Shown piece by piece: positions 16,861 through 26,479 of a stretch of DNA of 64,000 nt. The stretch is from a virus: positions 32,001-96,000 of the IMG/VR virus record IMGVR_UViG_3300037467_001303. The stretch is one strand, 5' to 3'. The position numbers were made by a program, and so were the translations under genes. Under the pieces are notes generated by a model. The model was given only the letters and a program-made list of their open reading frames with translations. It was not told the DNA's origin and did no database searches. Position 1 is the first letter of the stretch, and the number at the start of each line of letters is the position of its first letter.

Positions 16861-19551
16861 ATGACCGTCTTTCTCATCGACCCGACGGTGACGGCCGGCT
16901 CCGACTTTCCGTACGACGCCTCCAGCAACGGCAGGACGCTGACGGTCCAGTCGACCGTCACCTCGGTCGGCGACAGTCCGAAGTTCGGGTATGGTTCGCT
17001 GGGGTTCAATCTGCCAGGGGCAACCACCGCCGCCAGCATCACGACGGTCGATTCGCCTGACTGGCTGTTCTCCGGCCAGTTCACGGTCGAGGCCTGGATC
17101 TACCTGCAGGCGACCAGCGGCGGCACGTCGCAGCAGGCGATCATGGCGCAGTCGTCTTCGACCGGCGCCTCCAACAGCGCGTGGATGTTCTCGCTCAACA
17201 CGGCCCAGACCGCCCTGCAGTTCCAGTATTCGACCAGCGGCACGGCCTTGACCATGCTGTCCGGCGCCAAGACGTTCGCCCTGAACACCTGGTATCACGT
17301 CGCCGTCGACCGTGATGCCGGCGGCGTGATCCGCATCTACTGCGATGGCGCGATGCTCAACTCGGCGACGATGGCGAGCAGCCTGTTCGACTCGACCACG
17401 GCCCTGTATGTGGGCAACCAGTCCAGCAGCAGCGGGCGCTTCCCGGGCCTGATCGAGGAACCGCGCATCACCAACGGCACCGCGCGCTACGCCAGCAATG
17501 CCGGCTACACGATCCCAAGCGCCGAATTCCCGACCAACGGCACCGACGACCCGTACTGGGCCAACGTCAAGCTGCTGGTGCGCGGCCCCGGCGGAAAGAC
17601 CATCAAGGGCCGGTTCCGCTCCTTCTCGGCGTTGAGCACGCTGCGCTGCGGCGCCGGCGACGAGGCCCGCCTGGCCGCCACGCCCGGCCCGGTCCAGATG
17701 GGCACCGCCACCTGGGCGAACGGCAGCCGTTTCCTGACGATGGATACGGCGCGCACCGCCAACATCGAGACCTGCGATGCCACCTGGACCGGCGTGTCCA
17801 CGAACGTCACCCAGGCCGCCAATACCGCGGTGCGCAAGCACAACACCGCGTGCCTGTCGCTGACCATCGCGTCCGCCTTCACCACCGGCAAGGTGGCGTA
17901 CAAGACCCTGCCGTCCACGCTCGACCTCTCAAGCTACCAGCAGGTCAGCTTCTGGTTCCGCACGTCGGCCGGCCCGGCCGTCGGCACGCTCGAACTGCGC
18001 CTGTGCAGCGATACCTTGGGCGACGTGCCGGTCCACACGATTCCGTTGACCGAGTTCAGCTTCTTGGGGAGCACCTGGCGCGCGATCGTGAAGGACTTCG
18101 GCGCCGCGCTGGCGAGCAACATCGCCTCGGTCTCGGTGTATGCCAGCGCCGACCCTGGCTCCCTGACGATTTACCTCGACAACATCATCGCCTGCAAGGC
18201 ATCCAGCAGCGCCGATGCGATCACGCACCTGTCGCTGGTCGGCAAGAACACGGCCGGGGAACCCGAGTGGTATCCGCTCCAGTCGATCGACGGCACCTCG
18301 GTCGAGCTGGGCAACTGGGCCGAGGCCTCGGTCGGGACCGCCGCGAACACCCCGAGACCGTATGCCGGCACCTCCGAGACGGTGGCGCTGTACCGGCTGC
18401 AGCCGCTCGACGCGGTCAACGGCTATACGTCGCCCGCGTCCTTGTCCCCTTCGCGCGTGATCGGGGCATCCGGCACGGATGGAACGCCGATCACGATCTC
18501 CGGCGGCTGGGACGCGACCTACACGAACCAGACCGGCGTGACGTGGCTGAGCGGTGCGCATGCCATGTCCGGCTTTCTCGACGCGAGCGGCAAAAGCTAT
18601 GTCAGCGTGTCGAAGATCGGCGCCGCGCACTTCATGGGCGCCGGGCCGGTCCTGACCAATCTCACCTCGACCGGCGTGCGCCTGCAGTACGAGGCCGTGG
18701 TCGGGTGCAGCAATACGTTCAACCAGTCGTTCCTCGCTTCGCTCTACATCAGCGCCGGGAATGTCGTGCACTGCCAGAACGGCTTCAATATCGGCGCCGG
18801 CAGCGGCGACTTCACGATCATCGCCCGCCGCGTGACCGGCTCGCTCGGCTACGGCTACAGCGGCGCCCCGAACGATGGCGGCATCGGGCGCGTCTACATC
18901 GACCAGATCGACAACTGCGGCACCTACGGCGTCTGGCCGAGTGCCACGACCGGCAAGGTGACGCTGTACAGCCCGACCCTGTCGAACAACGTCACCGCGG
19001 ACGTGTTCTTCCCTCAAGGGAATACGGTACTCATCAACGCGCTGTCGCAGTCGGCCACCAAGGTCCTGTACAGCGCGCCAGGCATGGGCGACACTGTCCG
19101 GTTCCAGAACTTCGGGCGCGATGCGACCGACCAGCGCACCTACTTCCAGTGGGGTACGGTGTTCTCGGATACGACCACGCGCCACACGGCCAGCGGCCTG
19201 GCCTGGAAGCTCTCGATCACGAACGTCACCTACATCAATTCGTCGCGTCCGGCGAGGCTGCCCCTGGTGCGCCGCCGCGTGCTCGCCGGCGTGGCCACCA
19301 CGATTGCGTGCTGGATGCTCCGCGACAATGCCGCCCTGAACTGCGGCATCCGGGTCGCGGGCGGGTCGCTGGCCGGGATCGGCAGCGCCGGCGTGCCCGT
19401 CAGCGCGGCGATGACGGCGGCCGCCAACACCTGGGAACAGGTGTCGATCACGTTCACGCCGAGCGAGGACGGGGTCGTGGAAGTGTTCGGCTGGGCCTGG
19501 ACCACCGCGACCACCTATTCGTGCTGGTTCGATGACCTGACCGTCGTGTAA
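16861..19551 (+). CDS. Fibre/receptor-binding protein with LamG domain
   Basis: FTVEAWIY...NTWYHVAV.R...IYCDG...FPGLIEEPRITNGTARY LamG pattern, followed by beta-rich regions. Confidence 0.75.
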   Translation: MTVFLIDPTVTAGSDFPYDASSNGRTLTVQSTVTSVGDSPKFGYGSLGFNLPGATTAASITTVDSPDWLFSGQFTVEAWIYLQATSGGTSQQAIMAQSSSTGASNSAWMFSLNTAQTALQFQYSTSGTALTMLSGAKTFALNTWYHVAVDRDAGGVIRIYCDGAMLNSATMASSLFDSTTALYVGNQSSSSGRFPGLIEEPRITNGTARYASNAGYTIPSAEFPTNGTDDPYWANVKLLVRGPGGKTIKGRFRSFSALSTLRCGAGDEARLAATPGPVQMGTATWANGSRFLTMDTARTANIETCDATWTGVSTNVTQAANTAVRKHNTACLSLTIASAFTTGKVAYKTLPSTLDLSSYQQVSFWFRTSAGPAVGTLELRLCSDTLGDVPVHTIPLTEFSFLGSTWRAIVKDFGAALASNIASVSVYASADPGSLTIYLDNIIACKASSSADAITHLSLVGKNTAGEPEWYPLQSIDGTSVELGNWAEASVGTAANTPRPYAGTSETVALYRLQPLDAVNGYTSPASLSPSRVIGASGTDGTPITISGGWDATYTNQTGVTWLSGAHAMSGFLDASGKSYVSVSKIGAAHFMGAGPVLTNLTSTGVRLQYEAVVGCSNTFNQSFLASLYISAGNVVHCQNGFNIGAGSGDFTIIARRVTGSLGYGYSGAPNDGGIGRVYIDQIDNCGTYGVWPSATTGKVTLYSPTLSNNVTADVFFPQGNTVLINALSQSATKVLYSAPGMGDTVRFQNFGRDATDQRTYFQWGTVFSDTTTRHTASGLAWKLSITNVTYINSSRPARLPLVRRRVLAGVATTIACWMLRDNAALNCGIRVAGGSLAGIGSAGVPVSAAMTAAANTWEQVSITFTPSEDGVVEVFGWAWTTATTYSCWFDDLTVV

Positions 19552-19561
19552 GGGGGCGACC

Positions 19562-21625
19562 ATGGCCCTCGACCTGCTGTCGCTCGACACTGCGTTCGAG
19601 GGACAACCCTTCGCCGACACCGGCCGGGAATCCAGCACCTCGCTTGACCTGGCCTTCGAGGGCCAGCCGTTCACCTGCTACGGCGGCGCGGTCGTCGACG
19701 CGACCGTCACCACCAGCCAGGCCCAGCACGCGATCGCGGCGCCGCCAGTCGTCGGTACGGTCGCCACCAGCCAGGGCCAGAGCAGCGCCGCCATTGTTGG
19801 TCTCGGCTGGAACGTCACGGCGACGACCAGTCAGGGGCAGAGCGCGCAGGCCCAGGCCAAGGCGCATACGCCCTGGCAGCTCGTCACCGCCGCCCATGGC
19901 GACAGCCGCAACGCCGATCCAACGATCCCCGCGTTCACGCTCGCCAGTGGAAACCATGTGGTCGTCAGCGTGTTCTGCGGCGCCTACACGAACCGTGCCG
20001 ACGGCACGGTGGACATGAGCACCAGCCGCGCCTGGACCCTTGCGGTCTCGGACTCGGCGGGCAACACCTACGTCGGGCTGACGCCGGTCCGCGACCAGGT
20101 TGTCGCATCGCCCCAGTTTTCGGTCTCGTGGCTGTACCAGTTCTATTGCGTCAACGCCGTCGGCAGCGCCGCCAACACCGTCACGGTGACGCCGGTCTCC
20201 GGGCCTTCGGATGCCTACAGCTCGGCCAGCCCGACCCTGATCAGCAGCGTGTCGGTGCTGTCCAGTTCCGGGGTTTCCGCCGAGTTCGATGCCATCGCGT
20301 CGGCGGGTTCGTCCAGCAACAACGCCGTCAGCCTGTCGCTGCCGGCAACGGTGGTGCAGCCCGGCGCGACCGTGCTGTTCGACTTCGCGGGCAACGGCAA
20401 CAATACCGAATCCGCCGGCAGCGGCTGGACGGTTGCGGATAACTACATCGACGCCTGGTTCACCTACTGGCGGCCGAACAACCAGCCCGCCACCCAGACC
20501 GCCACCGCCACCGGCAACGGCGGTATCCGGCTGCTGTCGGGCCTGTCGCTGCGCAACGCGCAGGGCATTGTCGGCACGACCCGGCAGGGACAGACCAGCA
20601 ACGCGTCGGTCGAAGCCATCACCACCGTTATTACCAGCTCGGCGACGACCGCGCAGGGCCAGCACGGTGCCGCGACGGGTGCGACTGCCGCCGACACCAC
20701 GGTCGGCACGGCGCAGGGCCAGCACACTGCGGCCAGCAGCGGCGCCACGCTGCAGGCAACGGGCACGACGGCGCAGGCGCAGGCGGCCAGCGCCCTGGCG
20801 GGCCTGTTCCAGCCGGCCAGCAGCGGCACCGCGCAGGCCCAGGCGGCGAGCGCGCAGGCGAACGTTGCCGTGGACGGCGCGACCGCTACCGCGCAGGTCC
20901 AGCAGGGCGATGCGCAGGGTGAACTGTCCCTTGATGTGGCCGTTACGGCCAGCCAGGCGCAGCAGCAGGGTGCCGTGCTCGACACGGGCGCGGCGCTGTC
21001 CGTACAAACCTCGACCGTCCAGCAGGCCACCGGCCAGCTCGCCAGCGCGTATGTCGCCGATGTCCTGACGGCGCAGCAGCAGGACACCGAAGCACTGGCC
21101 GGGGTCGCCATCGACGCGCAGGTGGACAGCGCACAGGCGCAGGGCGCAAGCGCCGATGCCGCGACCGGCGCCGATGCCGCCGTCGCCACGCGCCAGTACC
21201 AGCGCGTGCGTGCCCAGGCGCGCGCCGAGAGCGAGAACACGACTGAAACCGGCCAGACCCAGCGCGCCGCCGGCCAGCTGGGCCTGTCCTCGGACGCGCC
21301 AGCGGCCACCATGCAGGGCCAGCACGCCGATCTGCTGGCGGGCGTGGCGTCCGATGTGCAGGCAACGACCGGCCAGGCCGAACATATCGGCGACGGAAAC
21401 ATTCTGGTGGTCGGTGTCGTGCTGGGCATCACCACGACGCAGGCGGCGCAACACACGAAGGGCGCACTGGCGCAGTACGCGGCCCAGCCCGGCACGCTGT
21501 CGCTGGCCACGAAGCGGCTGCACCTGTCACTGGCGGGATCGGCCCAGGCCCAACCCGCGCTACAGGCGCCCAACCGCGTGCGCACCGCCCTCGGCGGGCG
21601 CGTTGATCTGAGGCCCGAACGATGA
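19562..21625 (+). CDS. Repeat-rich fibre/stalk protein
   Basis: Roughly 18 TxQxQ repeats of about 21 aa; tandem LDxAFEGQPF at the N-terminus. Confidence 0.65.
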   Translation: MALDLLSLDTAFEGQPFADTGRESSTSLDLAFEGQPFTCYGGAVVDATVTTSQAQHAIAAPPVVGTVATSQGQSSAAIVGLGWNVTATTSQGQSAQAQAKAHTPWQLVTAAHGDSRNADPTIPAFTLASGNHVVVSVFCGAYTNRADGTVDMSTSRAWTLAVSDSAGNTYVGLTPVRDQVVASPQFSVSWLYQFYCVNAVGSAANTVTVTPVSGPSDAYSSASPTLISSVSVLSSSGVSAEFDAIASAGSSSNNAVSLSLPATVVQPGATVLFDFAGNGNNTESAGSGWTVADNYIDAWFTYWRPNNQPATQTATATGNGGIRLLSGLSLRNAQGIVGTTRQGQTSNASVEAITTVITSSATTAQGQHGAATGATAADTTVGTAQGQHTAASSGATLQATGTTAQAQAASALAGLFQPASSGTAQAQAASAQANVAVDGATATAQVQQGDAQGELSLDVAVTASQAQQQGAVLDTGAALSVQTSTVQQATGQLASAYVADVLTAQQQDTEALAGVAIDAQVDSAQAQGASADAATGADAAVATRQYQRVRAQARAESENTTETGQTQRAAGQLGLSSDAPAATMQGQHADLLAGVASDVQATTGQAEHIGDGNILVVGVVLGITTTQAAQHTKGALAQYAAQPGTLSLATKRLHLSLAGSAQAQPALQAPNRVRTALGGRVDLRPER

Positions 21626-21945
21626 GCACCATCCATATTCTCTATATTGGCAACAACAGCATCGTGGACGTGACGGGCCTGAAGAACGAGAACAGCGGCG
21701 CGGTCGTGACCGATGCGCGCGTCTCGGTGGCCCTGTTCGACGCCGCCGGCCTGCCGGTCGCCGGGGCGCAGTGGCCCCTGGAAATGGCGTACCTGGCCGA
21801 CTCGAACGGTGTCTACCGCGCTACGCTGCCGTACACGCTCGACCTGGCCGAAGGAGGGCGCTACATTGCGCGCGTCGTGGCCGATGCCGGCGACGGCCTG
21901 CACGCGCAGTGGGACATGCCCTGCGTGGGCCGGCTGCGGACGTAA
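21622..21945 (+). CDS. Small beta-rich virion-associated protein
   Basis: Coupled to the fibre gene; GVYRATLP motif. Confidence 0.55.
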   Translation: MSTIHILYIGNNSIVDVTGLKNENSGAVVTDARVSVALFDAAGLPVAGAQWPLEMAYLADSNGVYRATLPYTLDLAEGGRYIARVVADAGDGLHAQWDMPCVGRLRT

Positions 21946-21966
21946 AAAAGCCGCCCGCAGGCGGCT
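21944..21966 (-). terminator. Terminator ending antisense island 1
   Basis: GCCGCC stem with U6 on the minus strand. Confidence 0.75.
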
Positions 21967-21985
21967 CGAACGGAACTGTGCCGGC

Positions 21986-22255
21986 TCAACTGCACCAGCC
22001 GCCGATCCGGTCCCACAGCAGATTCAGGTAATAGCCGATCTCATTGGTGTTGCCGACCATCGCCTCGGCGGCATCGTGCAATGAGATCATGCCGTCGAAC
22101 CCGCCGAAGAAGGCGGCGGTCTGGCCGATCAGGCGGATGTCGTGACAGATCGCCTGTCCGCGCGCACCGTTGCGCTGCTGCTTGTCCATCTGGTCCCACT
22201 CCCGCACCAGTTCGACGAGCACGTCTGCGATGGGGCGTTCGTTGCTGATGTCCAT
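21986..22255 (-). CDS. Hypothetical protein
   Basis: AAGGAG RBS. Confidence 0.65.
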   Translation of the reverse strand: MDISNERPIADVLVELVREWDQMDKQQRNGARGQAICHDIRLIGQTAAFFGGFDGMISLHDAAEAMVGNTNEIGYYLNLLWDRIGGWCS

Positions 22256-22267
22256 CTTGTCTCCTTG

Positions 22268-22483
22268 TTAGCGTGGGGAATAGCCCTGTTCGGCCAGCGC
22301 CGCCTGGACGGCCTCGATCCCGCGGATCATGCGGTAGGCCAGGGCGGTACGTTCGGCTTCGGGCAGGTGCGGTTCCGTCTTGTTGTAGAACGTCTGGAAC
22401 GTTGACCGCTTGCAGAACTGCGCCAGTTCCCACGCACAGTCGTCGTCCATGGTGGCGGTGATGGTGACGGGATCGTGGCTCAT
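22268..22483 (-). CDS. Small conserved mobile-element protein
   Basis: AWELAQFCKR...AYRM...LAEQGYSPR. Confidence 0.65.
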   Translation of the reverse strand: MSHDPVTITATMDDDCAWELAQFCKRSTFQTFYNKTEPHLPEAERTALAYRMIRGIEAVQAALAEQGYSPR

Positions 22484-22887
22484 GATGGCTCCGACTCGTT
22501 TACGATCGCCACGCGCAGCGCCATCATGGACTGAGCATACTCCCAGCGCCATTCGTAGTACGCCGCCGTCTTGCACATATGGTCGTAGTCCTTGCGCGCC
22601 TGATGGTAGGCGTTGACGGCGTCCTGGAACCACGCGTACTCGCCTTCGAGGTCGAAGCAGTCATCATTGATCCAGCTTTCGAGCATCTTGCGGTCCTCCT
22701 CGGGGATGCCCTCGGGGACCTTCGGGAAGGCCGGTCCATCGTATTTCGGCGTGCTCGGCTTGAACCAGTAGGGAATTTCGTGCGGCGCGTGCGCGGCGAA
22801 ATAGTCCAGCAGGGTAATCACCTGGCCATCGTCGTGGCCGGCTAGTGCGGTGTTGAAGCTGGCGTGGCGTCGGGTTCTGTTTTGCAT
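22480..22887 (-). CDS. Hypothetical protein
   Basis: TLLDYFAAHAP...WRWEYA; AAGGAG RBS. Confidence 0.65.
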   Translation of the reverse strand: MQNRTRRHASFNTALAGHDDGQVITLLDYFAAHAPHEIPYWFKPSTPKYDGPAFPKVPEGIPEEDRKMLESWINDDCFDLEGEYAWFQDAVNAYHQARKDYDHMCKTAAYYEWRWEYAQSMMALRVAIVNESEPS

Positions 22888-22897
22888 GGTCGCTCCT

Positions 22898-23350
22898 TTA
22901 GTGAAGGTGGTTGCGAAGGACGGGCTGCTGCTTGACAAGGGACGGCTCGAACCCGGAATCCCATGGCCATCGCCGATTCTTGTCAGGCCACACTAGTTGT
23001 AGCGCGGTGTAGTCGGGGAAACGGTGCAGGACGGCATACATGTACTGGTCGGCTTCGCTGCGCGGCGCCGGTACAAGGCGCGCGGGGAAGCCCTCGGCCA
23101 CGTCGTCCAGGTCGGTATCGAGCGCCGGTACGCCGCTGTTCGTGAAGCGCCTGCCCATGTCGTTCAGGAACCTGTGCGCGATCTCCATCGGCAGGCCGAA
23201 CATGATGATCTCTGGATAGCCCTTCGCGCTCAGGCCGACCGTGTACGAGAATGGCGGGCTGTTATCACTGCCGAACACACCCTGTACGGCCCATCCGTAC
23301 TTGGCGATCATGGCGTCGAATTCGGCTTCGACGGCTTTGCGGTCTTTCAT
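22898..23350 (-). CDS. DUF4262 domain protein
   Basis: I..YGWAVQGV...PFSYTVGL...PEIIMFGL...LQLVWPD..RWPWD. Confidence 0.8.
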   Translation of the reverse strand: MKDRKAVEAEFDAMIAKYGWAVQGVFGSDNSPPFSYTVGLSAKGYPEIIMFGLPMEIAHRFLNDMGRRFTNSGVPALDTDLDDVAEGFPARLVPAPRSEADQYMYAVLHRFPDYTALQLVWPDKNRRWPWDSGFEPSLVKQQPVLRNHLH

Positions 23351-23371
23351 GCTTGCTCCTTTTGGTGGTTG

Positions 23372-23395
23372 AAAAAAGGCAGGCCGAAGCCTGCC
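23372..23395 (-). terminator. Intrinsic terminator
   Basis: GGCAGGC-UUCG-GCCUGCC-U6 on the minus strand. Confidence 0.8.
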
Positions 23396-23399
23396 GGGG

Positions 23400-23576
23400 T
23401 TACTGTTTCGGTTTCGTTCCCTGTTCGGCCTTGTACGCCTTGTACAGGGGCGAACGGTAGATGGTGGACAGGGCGATCCCGACCTGCCTGGCGGCAGCGT
23501 AGGCCGACAGCGTGCCGCCACTCGCGCGCAGCAGGGCGACGGCCTTGGCGACTTCGGCGGACGGACGGCCGCTCAT
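23400..23576 (-). CDS. 58-aa HTH protein, Aca-like position
   Basis: Hand translation MSGRPSAEVAKAVALLRASGGTLSAYAAARQVGIALSTIYRSPLYK...; AAGGAG RBS; not in the ORF track. Confidence 0.75.
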   Translation of the reverse strand: MSGRPSAEVAKAVALLRASGGTLSAYAAARQVGIALSTIYRSPLYKAYKAEQGTKPKQ

Positions 23577-23608
23577 TGCTTGGCTCCTTGCATGGTTCTC
23601 TCCTTCGG

Positions 23609-23812
23609 TTACAGGCCCGCTTCGCGCGGGTCGATCAGGTCATACTTGCGCGCCCAGGCGTCAACCGTGGCTTCCACAGGCCGGTCGCCGGCATCGCACT
23701 CGTACAGTTCGGCCAGCATCAACTCGTCGTCCCAGCACCAGCGGTCGCTGGCGTAGGCCAGGATGCGCTGGAACAGGTGGTCGGTCGTGTCGTTCACGTC
23801 AGCCCCTTTCAT
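23609..23812 (-). CDS. Hypothetical small acidic protein
   Basis: In operon; start uncertain. Confidence 0.55.
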   Translation of the reverse strand: MKGADVNDTTDHLFQRILAYASDRWCWDDELMLAELYECDAGDRPVEATVDAWARKYDLIDPREAGL

Positions 23813-24126
23813 TTGTGCAGCAGCCCGTTGCGGTCGCCCGGATCAATCGGCGAAGCGGGATGGTAGTCGAACAGCTTGGCCCAGGGGATGCTGGCCAGTG
23901 CTCCGCGCAGGACCGGCAGGGTCTCGATGCAGCACGCTGCGAGCACCAGCACCGCGCTGGCCAGCACCAGCGGCCACGTCCTGCGCCCGGCCTGGACAGC
24001 GGTGACGGGCCGGTCGCGCATCCACTGGCGCTCGGCTGCGGTCGCCACCCACGGATCACGCGCCGGGGTGACGAACCGCCCGTCAGGCTTCGTCACATGG
24101 TGACGAACTTCGTCAGGGCGGGTCAT
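23809..24126 (-). CDS. Hypothetical membrane protein
   Basis: One hydrophobic segment, WPLVLASAVLVLAACC. Confidence 0.55.
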   Translation of the reverse strand: MTRPDEVRHHVTKPDGRFVTPARDPWVATAAERQWMRDRPVTAVQAGRRTWPLVLASAVLVLAACCIETLPVLRGALASIPWAKLFDYHPASPIDPGDRNGLLHK

Positions 24127-24128
24127 GG

Positions 24129-24545
24129 TCAGGCTCCGTCGTTGGCGGCAGCGGGCGCCATGATGGCGTCGGCGGTCTTGTCCAGCGCAGCACGCATGCG
24201 GCGCGCGAGGTCCTTGTCGTCGCGCACGCGGAAGAACGATTCGACGAGGTCGATCAGAATCTCCATCGCGTGCGCGTCATTGGGCAGCCCGTTGTACTCG
24301 ATGATGCTGTCGCCCAGCCAGTCGCCGAATTCCAGACTGACTTCGTACTCGAACACGCCGGGATAGTCTTCGCGCACGGCCTCGGCAGCCTCGCGCAGCG
24401 CATCAATGCGCGGCACCCATTCCATGGCGGCATCGACCAGCTCGATCATGCCTTGGTCGTACGCCTTGTAGACCTTGTCCAGGTCGGCCCTGTACAGGCC
24501 CTGCATCACGAATGCCGCCGTGATTGCGGTCTGACGCTGATCCAT
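24129..24545 (-). CDS. Hypothetical acidic protein
   Basis: AAGGAG RBS, preceded by leader repeat A. Confidence 0.7.
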   Translation of the reverse strand: MDQRQTAITAAFVMQGLYRADLDKVYKAYDQGMIELVDAAMEWVPRIDALREAAEAVREDYPGVFEYEVSLEFGDWLGDSIIEYNGLPNDAHAMEILIDLVESFFRVRDDKDLARRMRAALDKTADAIMAPAAANDGA

Positions 24546-24551
24546 TGCTAT

Positions 24552-24613
24552 CTCCTTGGGTTGCCGGGACAATTCCCGCACCAGCGCCCGCACATGGCAG
24601 GCGCTGATACTGG
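24552..24613 (-). repeat. Two-hairpin leader repeat, copy A
   Basis: CCAGTATCAGCGCC-loop-GGCGCTGGTGCGGG-AATTG-TCCCG...AAGGAG. Confidence 0.75.
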
Positions 24614-24618
24614 CGCTG

Positions 24619-24867
24619 TCACTTGGGACGGGTTTCGTCCTTGTACATGCCGCGCGCCTTGGCCAGGGCCGCATCGAAGTCGATGCCGAGCCGGTCGCAC
24701 CAGTGCATGAGATCGGCCAGCAGGTCGCCGAGCACGGTGGCGTTATCCTCTCCGGCCCGCACCATGCCGGTCGCATGCGCGAAGGTCATCACGCCCTGCG
24801 CGGCCCATCCGGCGCGCTGCTCGTTCATCCCGTCCGGGTCGGGCGGCAGGTTGGAGATCGTGTTCAT
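24619..24867 (-). CDS. Hypothetical protein
   Basis: PPDPDGMN..RA.WA...DLLADLMHWCDR. Confidence 0.7.
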   Translation of the reverse strand: MNTISNLPPDPDGMNEQRAGWAAQGVMTFAHATGMVRAGEDNATVLGDLLADLMHWCDRLGIDFDAALAKARGMYKDETRPK

Positions 24868-25295
24868 TGCCCGTCCTCCGGTTCGTACTCGATGTCGAAG
24901 CCGGCTTGACGGTTCGACACCCACATCCACGCCATCACATAGGCGCCGTCATCGTCGCCCTTCGAGACGACTGCGGGATTGTCCACCTCGATCTCACCGT
25001 CCTTGGCCATGCGCTGCGCTGCGGCCACGTAAGGGCTGTGCTGGGCCAGCTCGGCGAACATCGGCACGATGGCCGAGAAGTCCAGGCCGTGGTGGTTCAG
25101 GCTATCGCACAGCTCGCTGATGTCGTCGCCCTCCAGCGGTTGCAGCGTGCCGCAGTTGCTGGCAATGTCGTTGATGCCTGCTGGCAGATCGCCGAACGCG
25201 TCCAGATTCGACTGGTAGAAGCGCAGCGCGGCCAGCACGGTCGCGTGGGCTTCCTGGGTCAGCGCGTACAGCGCGGGTTTCTTGGTGTCGGACAT
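24864..25295 (-). CDS. Hypothetical acidic protein
   Basis: DGEIEVD..AVVS..DD.GAYVMAWMWV. Confidence 0.7.
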   Translation of the reverse strand: MSDTKKPALYALTQEAHATVLAALRFYQSNLDAFGDLPAGINDIASNCGTLQPLEGDDISELCDSLNHHGLDFSAIVPMFAELAQHSPYVAAAQRMAKDGEIEVDNPAVVSKGDDDGAYVMAWMWVSNRQAGFDIEYEPEDGQ

Positions 25296-25297
25296 GG

Positions 25298-25750
25298 TCA
25301 GGCTCCTTTCGTGGTGTCAAGTGAAGGGCAGTCGGCAGGCGCGGCAACGCTCCAGCCCCGCGCACGCATGATGCGGCCGACGATGTACAGGGTGTAGTGC
25401 GGCACGTCGCGGTCGGCGATCCCGATCACGGCGCCACACTCCGGGCAGCAGCCGGCCGGGGCAAGTTCCCCAGGTAGCACGCGGTCGTGAATGTGGTGGA
25501 TGTGGTGAATCCCGTTGATCTCGCTCATGGTGCCGGTCCAGTCGCACTCCTCGCACGCGTAGGTGGTCGGCGTGCCCGGCTTCTGCTTCGGCGCGGCCGG
25601 CGGCAGCGGTTCGACCAGGTGCCGGAACAGACCGTACAGCACGTTGTAGTCGTCGCCGGTCGGCGCACGTTCCTCGGCGCTCAGCCTCGCGTCGTAGTCT
25701 TGCATGGCCTTCACCAGCCGCTCCAGCGGGTCCTGCGGTGTCGTTGTCAT
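25298..25750 (-). CDS. Hypothetical zinc-finger protein
   Basis: CEEC...RV.PGE..PAG.CPECG. Confidence 0.7.
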   Translation of the reverse strand: MTTTPQDPLERLVKAMQDYDARLSAEERAPTGDDYNVLYGLFRHLVEPLPPAAPKQKPGTPTTYACEECDWTGTMSEINGIHHIHHIHDRVLPGELAPAGCCPECGAVIGIADRDVPHYTLYIVGRIMRARGWSVAAPADCPSLDTTKGA

Positions 25751-25756
25751 GGCATC

Positions 25757-25813
25757 CTCCTGTGATCGGGACTATTCCCGCGTCAGCGCCCCCTCTGGAG
25801 ACGCTGACACTGG
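25757..25813 (-). repeat. Two-hairpin leader repeat, copy B
   Basis: CCAGTGTCAGCGTC-loop-GGCGCTGACGCGGG-AATAG-TCCCG...AGGAGG. Confidence 0.75.
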
Positions 25814-25814
25814 C

Positions 25815-26090
25815 CTAGTCTTCGTAGCGTGTCAGTCCGGGGACCGTGTCGCCGTCGCTGTCAAAGCGCAGCAGCGCGATGCCCAGGCGTTGTGCGTAGC
25901 GCATGACGCCCGCCAGATCGTCGGGCAGGCTGGAAAGACTCTGTTCCATCACGTCCGGCACCGTCACGAAAAAGCCGTTCGGATAGGCGCCGATGCTCAT
26001 GGCGGGCCAATTGTTGTCGCCGCGTTGCATCTTGTCCATGGTGCGCTGTGTCAGGTAGCCTGTAGACAGGTCCAGGTAGGTATAGAGCAT
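25815..26090 (-). CDS. DUF5983-like protein
   Basis: LDLSTGYL...GFFV...LP.DL..V..YA...G...LRFDSDG...GL..Y. Confidence 0.65.
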   Translation of the reverse strand: MLYTYLDLSTGYLTQRTMDKMQRGDNNWPAMSIGAYPNGFFVTVPDVMEQSLSSLPDDLAGVMRYAQRLGIALLRFDSDGDTVPGLTRYED

Positions 26091-26099
26091 GGCGTTCTC

Positions 26100-26474
26100 C
26101 TAGAGTCGGGTTGCCACGCGGGCGTTGGCGCGCAGGATCGTCCAGTGCTCGATCTCGTTGTCGCAGTAGCGGATGTATGCCGCTTCGCGCTGCGCCTCGT
26201 CACTGCCGAACACGGCGAAATCGCGCTCGCTCGGGCCGGTCTGGAGCGCAGCGGCTGTTTCGCAATGGTCGTCCACGAACGCAATCAGGCCGTCCCACAC
26301 GACGCTGTAGTGAGCGTATGGCACGTCCTCGTTAAGGGCGATCTCCAGCAGGTTGCCGTTCAGGGTCCAGGTGCTGTATTCCTCGGGCTGGACCAGTTCG
26401 GCCAGCGCCTCGATAGCGGCCTCATGGCCGGGTTTGATGCGCAGCTCGCCGCGCAGGAACAGATTGGTGCTCAC
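26100..26474 (-). CDS. Hypothetical acidic protein
   Basis: AGGAGG RBS and GTG start, preceded by repeat C. Confidence 0.65.
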   Translation of the reverse strand: MSTNLFLRGELRIKPGHEAAIEALAELVQPEEYSTWTLNGNLLEIALNEDVPYAHYSVVWDGLIAFVDDHCETAAALQTGPSERDFAVFGSDEAQREAAYIRYCDNEIEHWTILRANARVATRL

Positions 26475-26479
26475 AGTGC

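Noticed and set aside
16861-21625. Diversity-generating retroelement acting on fibre genes
   Set aside because: No reverse transcriptase and no adenine-variant TR/VR pair noticed.
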